Source: Candidatus Omnitrophota bacterium
GTDB taxonomy: Bacteria; Omnitrophota; Gorgyraeia; JABMRG01
NCBI GenBank assembly: GCA_028716165.1
Contig: JAQUQI010000007.1
Coordinates: forward strand, 1,191-65,190
DNA length: 64,000 nt
Direction of reading: 5' to 3'
Part shown: one piece after another, positions 31,116 through 41,100 of the stretch
Layout: each line of letters starts with the position of its first letter
How positions within the stretch are numbered: the stretch's first letter is position 1
Notes under the pieces: model-generated
What the model saw: only the letters and a program-made list of their open reading frames with translations
Databases searched by the model: none
Told to the model about the DNA's origin: nothing
Position numbers and translations under genes: made by a program

Positions 31116-31487
31116 ATGGAGGAATGGGCAATAGAAACGACGGATGTTTATGAGCGTAAGTATGAGCAGTATGAAAAGAAGCATCCTCATGAGCTCGCAG
31201 CGGTAATTGGAAACTTAGATACTTATTTCAAAACCTTAAACGAAGTCAATAACCCTCTCCAGGCGAGAGGCGGATTTGTTCACGGTGAGCCGGACGGTAT
31301 AAAGGCAATTGATCAAAAAGGTGGCGGACAGAAGATAAAATTGCAGCAAACCCGGCTTTATGTTTATCCGGATATTACGAATAAAATACTTTATTTAATT
31401 ACGATTGGGGATAAGGGTACACAACGAGATGATATCAATCTTTGCCGGGAATTTGTTAAGAAAGAAATAAGAAAAAGGGTTGAATAG
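31116..31487 (+). CDS. HigB-like toxin (RelE/ParE superfamily, Gp49/DUF891-like)
   Basis: The C-terminal RLYVYPD…ILYLITIGDKGTQRDDI matches the Gp49-like toxin signature. Confidence 0.55.
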   Translation: MEEWAIETTDVYERKYEQYEKKHPHELAAVIGNLDTYFKTLNEVNNPLQARGGFVHGEPDGIKAIDQKGGGQKIKLQQTRLYVYPDITNKILYLITIGDKGTQRDDINLCREFVKKEIRKRVE

Positions 31488-31534
31488 GAAAAGTAAATAT
31501 AAATTATTTGAAGTAAAAAAATAAGCGAAAGAAG

Positions 31535-32134
31535 GTGAGGATTATGGGCACAAAATATAAGAACGTATTAGAGATGGTGAAAGGAATTTCAAAAGACGAT
31601 ACTTTTAAAGACTTAGCTACGAAGCAAATTAAAGGTAAAACGTTGGCAAAATTTCTTTTTTATTTACGATGCGACCATAATCTTTCGCAGAAGCATCTTG
31701 CAACAAAAATCGGTTGTACCCAAAGCAGAATTTCTAAAATTGAAAGTGCTTTTGATAAAAATTTGACAATACAGGATCTGTTGGATTATGCGAAAGCATT
31801 AAATCTCCACCTAGAAATTGGTTACAGGCACCCTTCTGTCAAAATTGTTGATTTGATAAAATATCATGCTTTTAAGATTAAGGCATATCTTAATGAGTTA
31901 AGTGGGTTAGCCAAAGAAGATTCAACATTGAAAGAAGGGGTAGGAAAATTCTGCGTAGAAGTATTATTTAACATTGGGAAGTTTGTTTCGGATAACCTTG
32001 TAAAATTGGACCTTAAATTTAAAGAACAAAAGAGAGAGCCTGATGCTATTCATATTTCTGCACCATTAGAGAAAACCAAGTTAGAGCAACTATTAGAAAA
32101 AAATAGCGGTAAATTAGCGTCTTGCGCAAAATAA
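31535..32134 (+). CDS. XRE-family HTH antitoxin (HigA-like)
   Basis: The HTH segment LSQKHLATKIGCTQSRISKIES is present. It lies immediately downstream of the toxin. Confidence 0.55.
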   Translation: MRIMGTKYKNVLEMVKGISKDDTFKDLATKQIKGKTLAKFLFYLRCDHNLSQKHLATKIGCTQSRISKIESAFDKNLTIQDLLDYAKALNLHLEIGYRHPSVKIVDLIKYHAFKIKAYLNELSGLAKEDSTLKEGVGKFCVEVLFNIGKFVSDNLVKLDLKFKEQKREPDAIHISAPLEKTKLEQLLEKNSGKLASCAK

Positions 32135-32140
32135 TTTATG

Positions 32141-32500
32141 TATTGCAGGCGTCCTATTTGGAGACACCCTACGTGCTCAATCGTGTTCAATGGAAGTACT
32201 TCGTGCGTCATCCAGAGTGGTATAGTCGCGGTAGGGGTCGTTAGCGAAGGATCCGGGAGTGGCCCGTCTGTCATCCAGAGCGGAACAATCGAGGTAGAAG
32301 TCGTTAGCGGAGGATCTGGGCGTGACCCCGCTTGTCATCCAGAGCGACGGAAGGCGGAGCACATCTCGGTCGCGAAGGATCTGGGAGGGAAATGAGTATT
32401 AGATTCTTCGTCGCGCCTTCGGCGCTCCTCTTAAATGACAAGAAGGACGTTCGCAATGACAGAAGTGATGCTTGAAATGACAGCGAGGCCGCTTGGAATG
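32141..32500. repeat. mosaic repeat cluster B
   Basis: Same left module as cluster A, three tgtcatccagagcgg…gcgaaggatctggg units, then agtattagattcttcgtcgcgccttcggcgctcct and further aatgaca repeats. Confidence 0.85.
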
Positions 32501-32566
32501 GTAAAATTGACGGCCCGGGTGAAATTTAAAACGTCCGCGGTTAGCAGGTAGATACCATAAATAAAT

Positions 32567-32899
32567 ATGCGAATATATGTTTTGAAAATATTCTTAATAT
32601 TGTTCCTGACATTATCCCTGTCAATGAACGTGTTTGCGCGGCAGTTAAGTCTTTGCGAAGTGTCTTTCGCGGACTGGATATCCTTTTCCGATATGGAGAA
32701 AGAGGTCTTTATTGCCGAATCATGCAAGCATATGGTTGAGATTGAGCAAGAAAAATTTGTCATGATACCTGATGTGAAAATGATAGTCAGGGTTCTTGAT
32801 GCAGGCATTAAAGGCGTAGATATTGATCAATCAGATATTCCAGTGTTTAAGCTGTTATATAGGTGCCTCAAAGATACCGGATATTTTGCCCCCCGTTAG
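32567..32899 (+). CDS. small secreted protein (paralog of 45287–45616)
   Basis: Signal peptide with predicted cleavage after …VFA. About 85 % identical to the 45287 ORF. Flanked by repeat clusters B and C. Confidence 0.6.
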   Translation: MRIYVLKIFLILFLTLSLSMNVFARQLSLCEVSFADWISFSDMEKEVFIAESCKHMVEIEQEKFVMIPDVKMIVRVLDAGIKGVDIDQSDIPVFKLLYRCLKDTGYFAPR

Positions 32900-32946
32900 C
32901 AAACATTTTATCCATATATAGTCCATATGCAGATATTTTGAATCCT

Positions 32947-33281
32947 TTAAGCGCTATACTGCCTTGTATGTCGTCCGGAGTGACAGTATTAGATTCCTCG
33001 CTTCGCTCCCAATGACAGGCGCACTTTGCCTGTCACCCAGAGCGGTATTAGCGAGGCACGAGTCATACGCCTGTCATCCAGAGCGGCAATAATCGGGGCC
33101 AGAGTAAGCCGCGAAGGATCCGGGAGTGACCCCGCTTGTCATCCAGAGCGACGGAAGGCGGAGCACGTCTCGGTCGCGAAGGATCTGGGAGTGAGACGAG
33201 TATTAGATTTCTCGCTTCGCTCGGAATGACAGAAGCTTCACTCGGGATGACAGAAGTGACGACCCAAATAAAAGCCAAAAC
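32947..33281. repeat. mosaic repeat cluster C
   Basis: Left module ttaagcgctatactg…gtcgtccggagtgacagtattagattcctcgc…, shared with cluster D. Right end gacgacccaaat.aaa.ccaaaac. Confidence 0.85.
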
Positions 33282-33410
33282 GACTATGATGTGGTTTAGC
33301 GCGGAATCAGGGGGGTTAGCCTGTTGTTAATAAATAGTTAACGCGTTAAATCATACTTGACAGATATGATTTCTTGAGGTATTCTTGTTGACATAAGACA
33401 TAGAGAGAAG

Positions 33411-33962
33411 ATGAAGATAGTTGGTGTAAATATAAAAAGGCTACGGGAAGAACAAGGCTTGACTTTAAGGCGTCTGGCGAATAACCTCGGTATCAGTGCC
33501 AGTTTCTTATCCCAGTTGGAAAGCGGCAAATCTTCACCTTCTTTGGCGACCCTCAAGCATATTGCGGACACTCTCTCTACAACCATTGGCGAACTAATAG
33601 GGGAAGGGCAGAAAGCGGAAACCAACCCAGTGGTTAGGTCCGATGAGAGAAAACATGTCCATGAAGTAAGCAAGGGGATAAGTCTTTATCTTTTGACATC
33701 GCGCGACGCAAATAAGCAGATGGAACCTCTACTTTTTAAACTCAAGGAAGGTGCGTCTTCCGGCTCCAGAGCATATAAACATTTTGGGCAGGAATTTGTG
33801 CTGGTTTTAAAAGGCTCCATAGAAATAACGCTCAATGAGATATCTTACATACTAAAGAAAGGCGACAGCATATATTTTAATTCAAGCATTCCGCATGACT
33901 TTAAAAATGCGGGCAAAGATGAGACGGAAGTTGTCTGGGTCATAACCCCCCCGACCTTTTAA
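33411..33962 (+). CDS. XRE-family transcriptional regulator with a C-terminal cupin domain
   Basis: HTH segment LTLRRLANNLGISASFLSQLE. C-terminal cupin segment GDSIYFNSSIPHDFKN. Confidence 0.7.
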   Translation: MKIVGVNIKRLREEQGLTLRRLANNLGISASFLSQLESGKSSPSLATLKHIADTLSTTIGELIGEGQKAETNPVVRSDERKHVHEVSKGISLYLLTSRDANKQMEPLLFKLKEGASSGSRAYKHFGQEFVLVLKGSIEITLNEISYILKKGDSIYFNSSIPHDFKNAGKDETEVVWVITPPTF

Positions 33963-34041
33963 AATAGGGATATTTTTTTTGGGAAAAATGTTAACTATAA
34001 GTTAAAACTGTTAACTTAAACAAAACAAAAGGAGGTTCTCC

Positions 34042-35259
34042 GTGAAAGAACTGATAAGATTAAAATCCAGGGGGCTTAAAGAGGCGCTGATTAAATTTTA
34101 TGCGAAACTCGGAAGCATTGAAGTCAAACCGGGTTGTATAGGCGAGTTTATGGATATTGTTACCGGCGAAATGAAGGCTCTTAATTTTGACAAGGTAACC
34201 AAGGATAAATCCGGTAACCTGATAGGGATAATAAAAGGCTATCGGAATAAGGAATCCCTGGTGCTATTGTCTCATGTCAGTGCTGTTTCCGCAACTCGGC
34301 AAAAAATAGAGGGTTTGCACGGTAACGATATGGTGAGGTTTAAGTCCGGTATTATTACCAGCATTTATACAGGAGCCTTGCTCAAAAGGGCTATGCTTCC
34401 GTTGGAAGGTGATTTGATAGTTTGTTGTATTCCGCGGATGGAATGTTGCGCTTTTGGAATCAAATATCTCTTTGACAATTTTTTGAAAGATAAAACCAAG
34501 AAGATTAAAGGCGTTATTCTTTGCGAACCTACCGGTTTTAACATAAATCTCGGGCACAAGGGCAGGATGGAGTACGAGATCGTGGTAAAAGGCAAATTAA
34601 ATAAGAATTTTTTGGAGAACCGCGGAATCAACATGCTGGGCACGATGTTTCCTTTGATAAACGAACTGGAGAAAATTTCTAAAGAATTACCAAGTGATTT
34701 TAATCTTGGGCGTTCTGACTTAAGGATAAAAGATGTGCGTTACAGCGGTTATCGGCCGCAGGAGGAAATGAACGAATTCCGGATAGTGGTAGACAGGGGT
34801 TTTGTCCCGGAGGAAACCAAAAGGTTTATTCTGGATAAGGCCAAAAATTTGGCCAAGGCGGTATACAAACAGGAAACAGATATTACTGTAAATGCCCTCT
34901 TGGTTAAAGAGAAGATCAGGACTTACACAGGGCTTAAACTTTTATCTAAAAAGGAATTTAAGCCATGGGCTATGGATGGCCATCGCCCTTTTGCTTTAAA
35001 CTCGCTTAAGAGTATAACCGAAAGCGGGTTTAAGTCGGATTTCGGGTATTGGCAGGATATTGTTACCGAAGGCTCTTATACGTATGCCCAGCTTGGGATA
35101 CCCACTATAGGTTTTGGCCCGGGCTCGGAAAATGATCTGGATCCCGCGGAGAAGACGCTGGGCATAGATAAACTGGAAAAGGCGGTTTACGGCCAGGCGC
35201 TGATAATCCATCGCAACATAGGCATGCCGATATTCGGCTGGAGCACCGATGAGATTTAA
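34042..35259 (+). CDS. divergent M20/ArgE-DapE-like protein (putative deacylase)
   Basis: …ILCEPTGFNINLGHKGRMEYEIVVKGK resembles the M20 catalytic domain. No canonical HxD metal motif was seen. Confidence 0.35.
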   Translation: MKELIRLKSRGLKEALIKFYAKLGSIEVKPGCIGEFMDIVTGEMKALNFDKVTKDKSGNLIGIIKGYRNKESLVLLSHVSAVSATRQKIEGLHGNDMVRFKSGIITSIYTGALLKRAMLPLEGDLIVCCIPRMECCAFGIKYLFDNFLKDKTKKIKGVILCEPTGFNINLGHKGRMEYEIVVKGKLNKNFLENRGINMLGTMFPLINELEKISKELPSDFNLGRSDLRIKDVRYSGYRPQEEMNEFRIVVDRGFVPEETKRFILDKAKNLAKAVYKQETDITVNALLVKEKIRTYTGLKLLSKKEFKPWAMDGHRPFALNSLKSITESGFKSDFGYWQDIVTEGSYTYAQLGIPTIGFGPGSENDLDPAEKTLGIDKLEKAVYGQALIIHRNIGMPIFGWSTDEI

Positions 35260-36484
35260 AAAAAATACGGTAAACATACTGGTGCTTAATTGCGGCAGTT
35301 CGTCCTTGAAGTATAAGATAATAAAAATGCCGGGCGGCACCGAACTTGTGCGTGGAGAAGCCGAGAGGGTGGGCATAAAGACCCAGGGTGTTTCCCGCAT
35401 TACACATTTTTCTTGTGGGAAAAAAACGGTGGTGGAAGTACCGCTTGCCAATCATGCGGCCGCGCTTAAAAAATCCCTGGAGCTCATAGCACGAGACAGC
35501 GCGGAAAACTCTGATATATGTTTTGATGTTTTCGCGCACCGCTATGTTCATCCGGGGACATTGTTTTCCAAGACTATGAAAGTTGACAAAGTGGTTTTAC
35601 GCAAGTTAAAAGATACACTGCCGCTCGCGCCTATACATAATCCTATAATTTACCGTTTGATTGAATTCTGCTACGATGAATATTACAACATAAGACAGTT
35701 TATAGTGTTTGATACTTCTTTTCATAGATCCATTCCCCCGGAATTTTCCACTTACGCTTTACCGTTAAAGATTATTAAAAAGTATCATATCCGCAGGATA
35801 GGTTTCCACGGCCTGTCCCATCAGTATGTTATGGAGGAGGCCTGTAAATTTTTGGGGAAAGACAAATCTTCGCAGAGAATAATAAGCTGTCATCTGGGGA
35901 CCGGCGGTTCAAGCGTTTGCGCTATTAATAACGGCAAATCCGTAAACAATTCCATGGGGTATACCCCGCTTGAGGGCTTGATGATGAATACCCGCTGTGG
36001 CAATATTGATCCTGGCATAATATTCTACATAATGTTTAAAGAACGGTTTTCCCCTGAAGAGACCGAAAGTGTTTTTAACAACAAAAGCGGGATTTTGGGT
36101 GTGTTAAATTTTTCGTCCGATTTACGGGACGCTATCAGGGATATGAGGAATAATCCCAGGGCCCGGATGGTATTTGATATGTATATACGCCGGGTAAGGT
36201 CGTATGTAGGTTTTTATTCGTTGATATTGAAAAAAGCGGATATGTTGATTTTTACGGATTCGTTGGGGGTGTCCTGTCCGGATTTGCGCCAGGGTGTTTG
36301 CAGAGGCATGGAGTTATTGGGCATCCGGCTGGATGAAGGTAAAAACGCGGGCTGCCGAGGTAATATAGGAGATATCTCATCTGTTAGGTCGGAGACGAAA
36401 GTTCTCGTTATCCCTACGGACGAGGAAATTATGATCGCCCGGCAAGCATACAGGGAGTTGATGAAAAATGATACTGGTTGTTGA
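35249..36484 (+). CDS. ackA: acetate kinase
   Basis: Motifs ILVLNCGSSSLKYKI, FDTSFH and GFHGLSH are present. Confidence 0.85.
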   Translation: MRFKKNTVNILVLNCGSSSLKYKIIKMPGGTELVRGEAERVGIKTQGVSRITHFSCGKKTVVEVPLANHAAALKKSLELIARDSAENSDICFDVFAHRYVHPGTLFSKTMKVDKVVLRKLKDTLPLAPIHNPIIYRLIEFCYDEYYNIRQFIVFDTSFHRSIPPEFSTYALPLKIIKKYHIRRIGFHGLSHQYVMEEACKFLGKDKSSQRIISCHLGTGGSSVCAINNGKSVNNSMGYTPLEGLMMNTRCGNIDPGIIFYIMFKERFSPEETESVFNNKSGILGVLNFSSDLRDAIRDMRNNPRARMVFDMYIRRVRSYVGFYSLILKKADMLIFTDSLGVSCPDLRQGVCRGMELLGIRLDEGKNAGCRGNIGDISSVRSETKVLVIPTDEEIMIARQAYRELMKNDTGC

Positions 36485-37559
36485 TTATAATCTTAAAGAG
36501 ATTAAGGTCTGGGGATTCAAAGGAGAGCATGGTTCTTTGCCGCCGGTTTTTACGAAGGATGCTGATGAGATAACCGACGACAATGTTCTCCGGGATTTTA
36601 TTCGCGCTGTTTCCTGCATGGATACCGTTGAAGCTATTTCTTTCAGGATATTGTTTGGAGGCGATTATTTTAAAAATCCGGCGCATTTATGTCCTGGGTT
36701 TTTCTCCAGGTTCTCAAAACTTACGGATCTTTTTCCTTTTTATGTCCCCTTGACTGTTGAGATGTTGAAAAGATTTTACAGGGTATTTAAGAATGCCCGG
36801 CTCATTGCTTTTTTTGAGACGTCGTTTTTTTTGAGGTTACCGGATAAAGAAAGATATTACCCGCTGCCTTTTGAGTATTACCGGAATAATAAAATAAAAA
36901 AGCGGGGGTTTCACGGAATATTTCATGAAGCAAACGCCGGCATATTCCCGGAAAGCGGGAAAAACATATCAATGGTTTTTGACAAACAAACGACTATATG
37001 CGCTATTCGTAATAAGAGCCCGCTGTCCATAAGTCTGGGGTATACGCCGCTGGAAGGCATTATGTCCCGGACGCACTGCGGAGACTTGGATGCCGGGATA
37101 ATATTTTATCTCATGAATGTCCAGCATTTTTCGAGCTATAAAATTGACGAGATGATGAAGCAGGAGAGCGGATTCCTCGGCCTTACCGGTTATGACATTG
37201 AATTAAAAGATATGCTCAAGCTTAAAGGTAAAGACCCTAAGGTTGACTTGGCGTTTAATGTGTATAGCGCCCAGATAATGAAATATATAGGGGAGACGAT
37301 ATCTGTTATGGGAGGATTGAATAATATAATTATAGCTGGCGACAATATTGATATATTCATTCCTGTAATTTACGATGTCCTCAAAAAAATATCTTTTTTG
37401 GGTATAAACTTATTGCGATTACCGTGGGACAATAAGACAAGTTTAATTAATATAACTTCCGAAGAATCCGGAATAGGAGTCTATCTTAACCGAATGAGCT
37501 TTCCGGAAATATTATCGCTTTGGACCAGGAATCTGATTTTTGCGCCTGTCAAACTGTAA
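36468..37559 (+). CDS. acetate-kinase-like degenerate paralog
   Basis: It aligns to AckA (FETSFF, GFHGIFH, GYTPLEGIM) but lacks the N-terminal NCGSSS and HLGNGAS catalytic motifs. Confidence 0.6.
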   Translation: MILVVDYNLKEIKVWGFKGEHGSLPPVFTKDADEITDDNVLRDFIRAVSCMDTVEAISFRILFGGDYFKNPAHLCPGFFSRFSKLTDLFPFYVPLTVEMLKRFYRVFKNARLIAFFETSFFLRLPDKERYYPLPFEYYRNNKIKKRGFHGIFHEANAGIFPESGKNISMVFDKQTTICAIRNKSPLSISLGYTPLEGIMSRTHCGDLDAGIIFYLMNVQHFSSYKIDEMMKQESGFLGLTGYDIELKDMLKLKGKDPKVDLAFNVYSAQIMKYIGETISVMGGLNNIIIAGDNIDIFIPVIYDVLKKISFLGINLLRLPWDNKTSLINITSEESGIGVYLNRMSFPEILSLWTRNLIFAPVKL

Positions 37560-37599
37560 GATACTGAACTAATAGATATTATAGTGCGTTTTGAACCTT

Positions 37600-37876
37600 T
37601 TAAGCACCATACTGTCTCGTGTGTCGTCCGGAGTGACAGTATTAGATTCCTCGCTTCGCTCGGAATGACAGGCGCACTTTGCCTGTCATCCAGAGCGGTA
37701 TCAGCGAAGCACGAGTCATACGCCTGTCATCCAGAGCGGAACCGGCGAGGCCAGAGTCGTTAGCGAAGGATCTGGTACTGCCCCACCCTGTTGTCCGGAG
37801 TGGCAGAATTGACGCTCGCAACGACAGAGGTGGCACTTGGAATGGCAGAAGTTACGACCCAAATCAAATCCAAAAC
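37600..37876. repeat. mosaic repeat cluster D
   Basis: Same architecture as cluster C, including the gacaggcgcactttgcctgtc hairpin. Confidence 0.85.
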
Positions 37877-38151
37877 ATCTACATGACTGTATAATAAAAA
37901 AAGTTTTAAAAAAGCTCTTAATTCCTTGACAAAAAGTTTATTTTGATATAAAATACCATTTAATAGACATTCTCACTACACCATTAGATATGTATGCCTA
38001 TAAATAATCCTTTCATAAATATCGTTTTTTCAAACGCTAAATATAATAACTATCAATTCGGTTGTTTAATCAATTCTAATAATAATCAAAGCGCGCGGTA
38101 ATATGTTTATCCGAGGGAAAAGTAACGGTTGTTAAAAATAAGGAGAACATT

Positions 38152-41100
38152 GTGAAGACAGTATTGAGAAGAGCTGTAGTTTTCATTGTTTTGCTTAGTT
38201 TTGTGTTTCCGAATACTATTTATGCCAATGATCTCAAAATTCACACCTTAAGGCAGATGTCAGCAGCTTTAAGCAATTTCAACAGCCGGTTTATTGATAA
38301 AGATTTCTTTTACGGAGAATTCAGTGATATAAAAAAAATATTAGACAGGGATATGTTCAGGGATTATGATTACCGGACAAGAGGCCGCGAAATTGACCCC
38401 CGCATAGCTTTTAGGATGGGGATTATCTGGGCGAGAATGGCCCTGGACAACATGTCCAGTTTTCATGTAGACAATAAAACTGTTATTTTTGCCCGGGATT
38501 GCCGTGACGTTAATCCCGAAATAGCCGAGGCTGTTATCGCGGGAGTAAGATATTGCGGGCTTAATGTAATTGATATTTCACAAACTATGCGTAACAGCGC
38601 CGCCGCTTATTCATGGTCTGTGATACAGCATAAGCCGCTTATGGGTATTTTTATGACCTCAAGTCATGTAACAGGCGATGGTGTATCAGGATTTAAAGTT
38701 AGCATAATGGGCAGAAACGGTAAACTGCAAAGCCTCACCACCAGAGAGATAAAAGATGTAAGTTATGGCCTGTTGACCCTGATGATAGAAGAGCCCGATA
38801 TTATAAACGCGTATAAAAGCCAGGATATGGGCAGTCTGAATGCCTGCCATGGCACAGAAACTGAAGCCGCGGATTTTATCACTTTATTAGGCAGGATAGT
38901 TTCAGGTGAACACAACAAAGAGCTGGCTGTCCGGGCAAGGACTGTTATGCGGTCAAAAGACCCGGCGGCAATGACCAGGCTGATGAACAATAGTATGGCA
39001 GGGCAACAGCCGTTGAAAGGCATGACGGTTGTTATAGATTCTGCCCATACACCAAGCGGTGTTATAGCTGAAAAGACGTTTGCTGATTTGGGGGCCGCGA
39101 TAATATCATTGCATGCCGAACCCATGCTTTTAAAAGGAAATCATAAGGCAGACCCGTCAAAGCCTGAAAATTTAGAAGACCTGAAAGCCGAGATGCTTAA
39201 ATCCGGAGCAGGCCTTGGCCTTGCTTTTGACCTTGACGGCGACAGAGGGGCTATTTGCGTGCCTGACGGAAGAGGCGGTGTAGACGTATTGTCACCGGAC
39301 AATGTTATGGCGGCTATATTGAAATTTCTCATTAAAGGGTGCGGTTATGAACAGACCGGACCGATTGCCGTGGTGCGTGATGTCTTGTCAACGCGGGGCG
39401 TTGACGACGAGGCAGAGCTGTATGGAGTGCGCGCGGAACAGACCGATGCCGGCTACGTCTTTTTAAAGGAAAGAGTCCGTTTTCTTCAGACCAACGGATT
39501 TACCGTCCCAATTTATGGAGAACGTTCCGGTCATATCTGGCTTGATGCCGCGGGCGAGTTTGAAAATCCAATAGCTGTAGCAGTGTTATTTGCCGTAATG
39601 AACTCTGACCTTCTTTTTAAATATAAACCCGTGGCCTATAAGCAGTCTCCCCGTTTTCAGCCGGAGTTTTCACAGCCGCTATTGGCCGTTCTTTCTTCTC
39701 ATAAGCACAACGATACGGGATGGAATTATAAAGAAGCGGTAGAATATCTTGTCAACGGAACCGGCCACAAGCCGCCGCAGAAGATTATAGCGCTTGGCAG
39801 GGACCACGCGATAAAAATTTTGTCAGAAGTGTTTAAAAAAGGCGCGGAGTTCAAGACTCCTATAGGTAAAATCAGCGTTGAGAGTTATGATACGTATAAA
39901 GACGACGAATCCGCGGGCGGGTTGTTTAGATACGCGGATATAGGTTTTTCAAGAAATGGAGAATATATAGGCAGATTCGTATTTCGCGCCTCATCCAATG
40001 ACCCTACGTTTGTTTGTTCTTTTGAAGCTGCTCATGGCAGTGGAGAGATTGGGGAAACTGTCAGCCTAAGATATATTTCCGTGGGAGGACTTGTTCTTGA
40101 TAGCCTGGAACAGCTTAAGTTAGCCTCTATTACCGGCGTGCCACAAGGCGTGCGCCAGACACTCGAAGACTATAGAAGCCTTATGAAGATACCGGCTGTT
40201 TCGGCCAATAATCCTATCTTCTTTGAATTTGTTTCAGCAGGGCAGACGCTCAACGGCGGGGTTGATTTTGAACCTATTCAAAAGCCCGGTTTTTTTCAAT
40301 CTATAAGCGAGGAGATGCTTGATAATATGGCTTTTGATCTTGCGTTCAGGACGGGAAAACCGGAAAGGCTTAAGATGCTGAATGAGATATTTGAAATAGC
40401 ATCTGTAAAAAAAATATTTCCCGCCTCAATACATAATCTATACATGGTAATGGGCAAAGGCTGGACAGGCGGTTTTACTGTTCCCGCCATAAATATTAGA
40501 GGGCTAACCTATTATACCGCCCGGGCGGCATTCAAAGCCGCTGTTAAGCGCAATGTCGGGGTAATGATATTTGAAATAGCAAGAAGCGAGTTAGGTTATA
40601 CCGGACAGGACGTATTGGAATACGCTGGCCAGATTACCTTGGCTGCAATGAGAGAAGGTTATGAAGGGCCTTTGTATTTCCAGATAGATCACGGCCAGGT
40701 CAATGCCAAAAAAGATTACGATTCAGAGATAAAGGCATTGAAAGACCTGTTCAGAGAAGCTATCGTTGACGCTAAATTCGGAAATATTGATGTGGATACA
40801 TCCACGCTGGCCCTGACAGAAGGCAGTCTCAAGGAACAGCAAATGCCGAACGCGCGCGCTATTGCTGAATTGATAAAAAATATCAGGTCTATAGAACCTG
40901 AAAACACCACCATATCTATAGGAGGCGAGGTAGGAGAAGTCGGCAACAGGAACACCACGCTTGATGACGTGGAGGCTTTCATGGACATATTAAACGGCAT
41001 GCTTACCGCCGATAATATATCCGTTGGTTTAAGCAAGTTGAGCATACAGACAGGAACGGCTCATGGAGGGGTCCCATTGCCGGACGGCAGTCTCGCGCAG

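Noticed and set aside
32138-32395. ORF-track 'proteins' lying inside repeat clusters (32138–32395, 33026–33229, 33136–33330, 37679–37894, 42345–42596, 44936–45172, 45577–45807, 53628–53987, 61188–61592 and others)
   Set aside because: They are translations of the repeat modules, with recurring pseudo-peptides VIQSG, SREGSGSE and IRFLASLGMT. They have no Shine-Dalgarno or start context and both strands are 'open'. Not coding.
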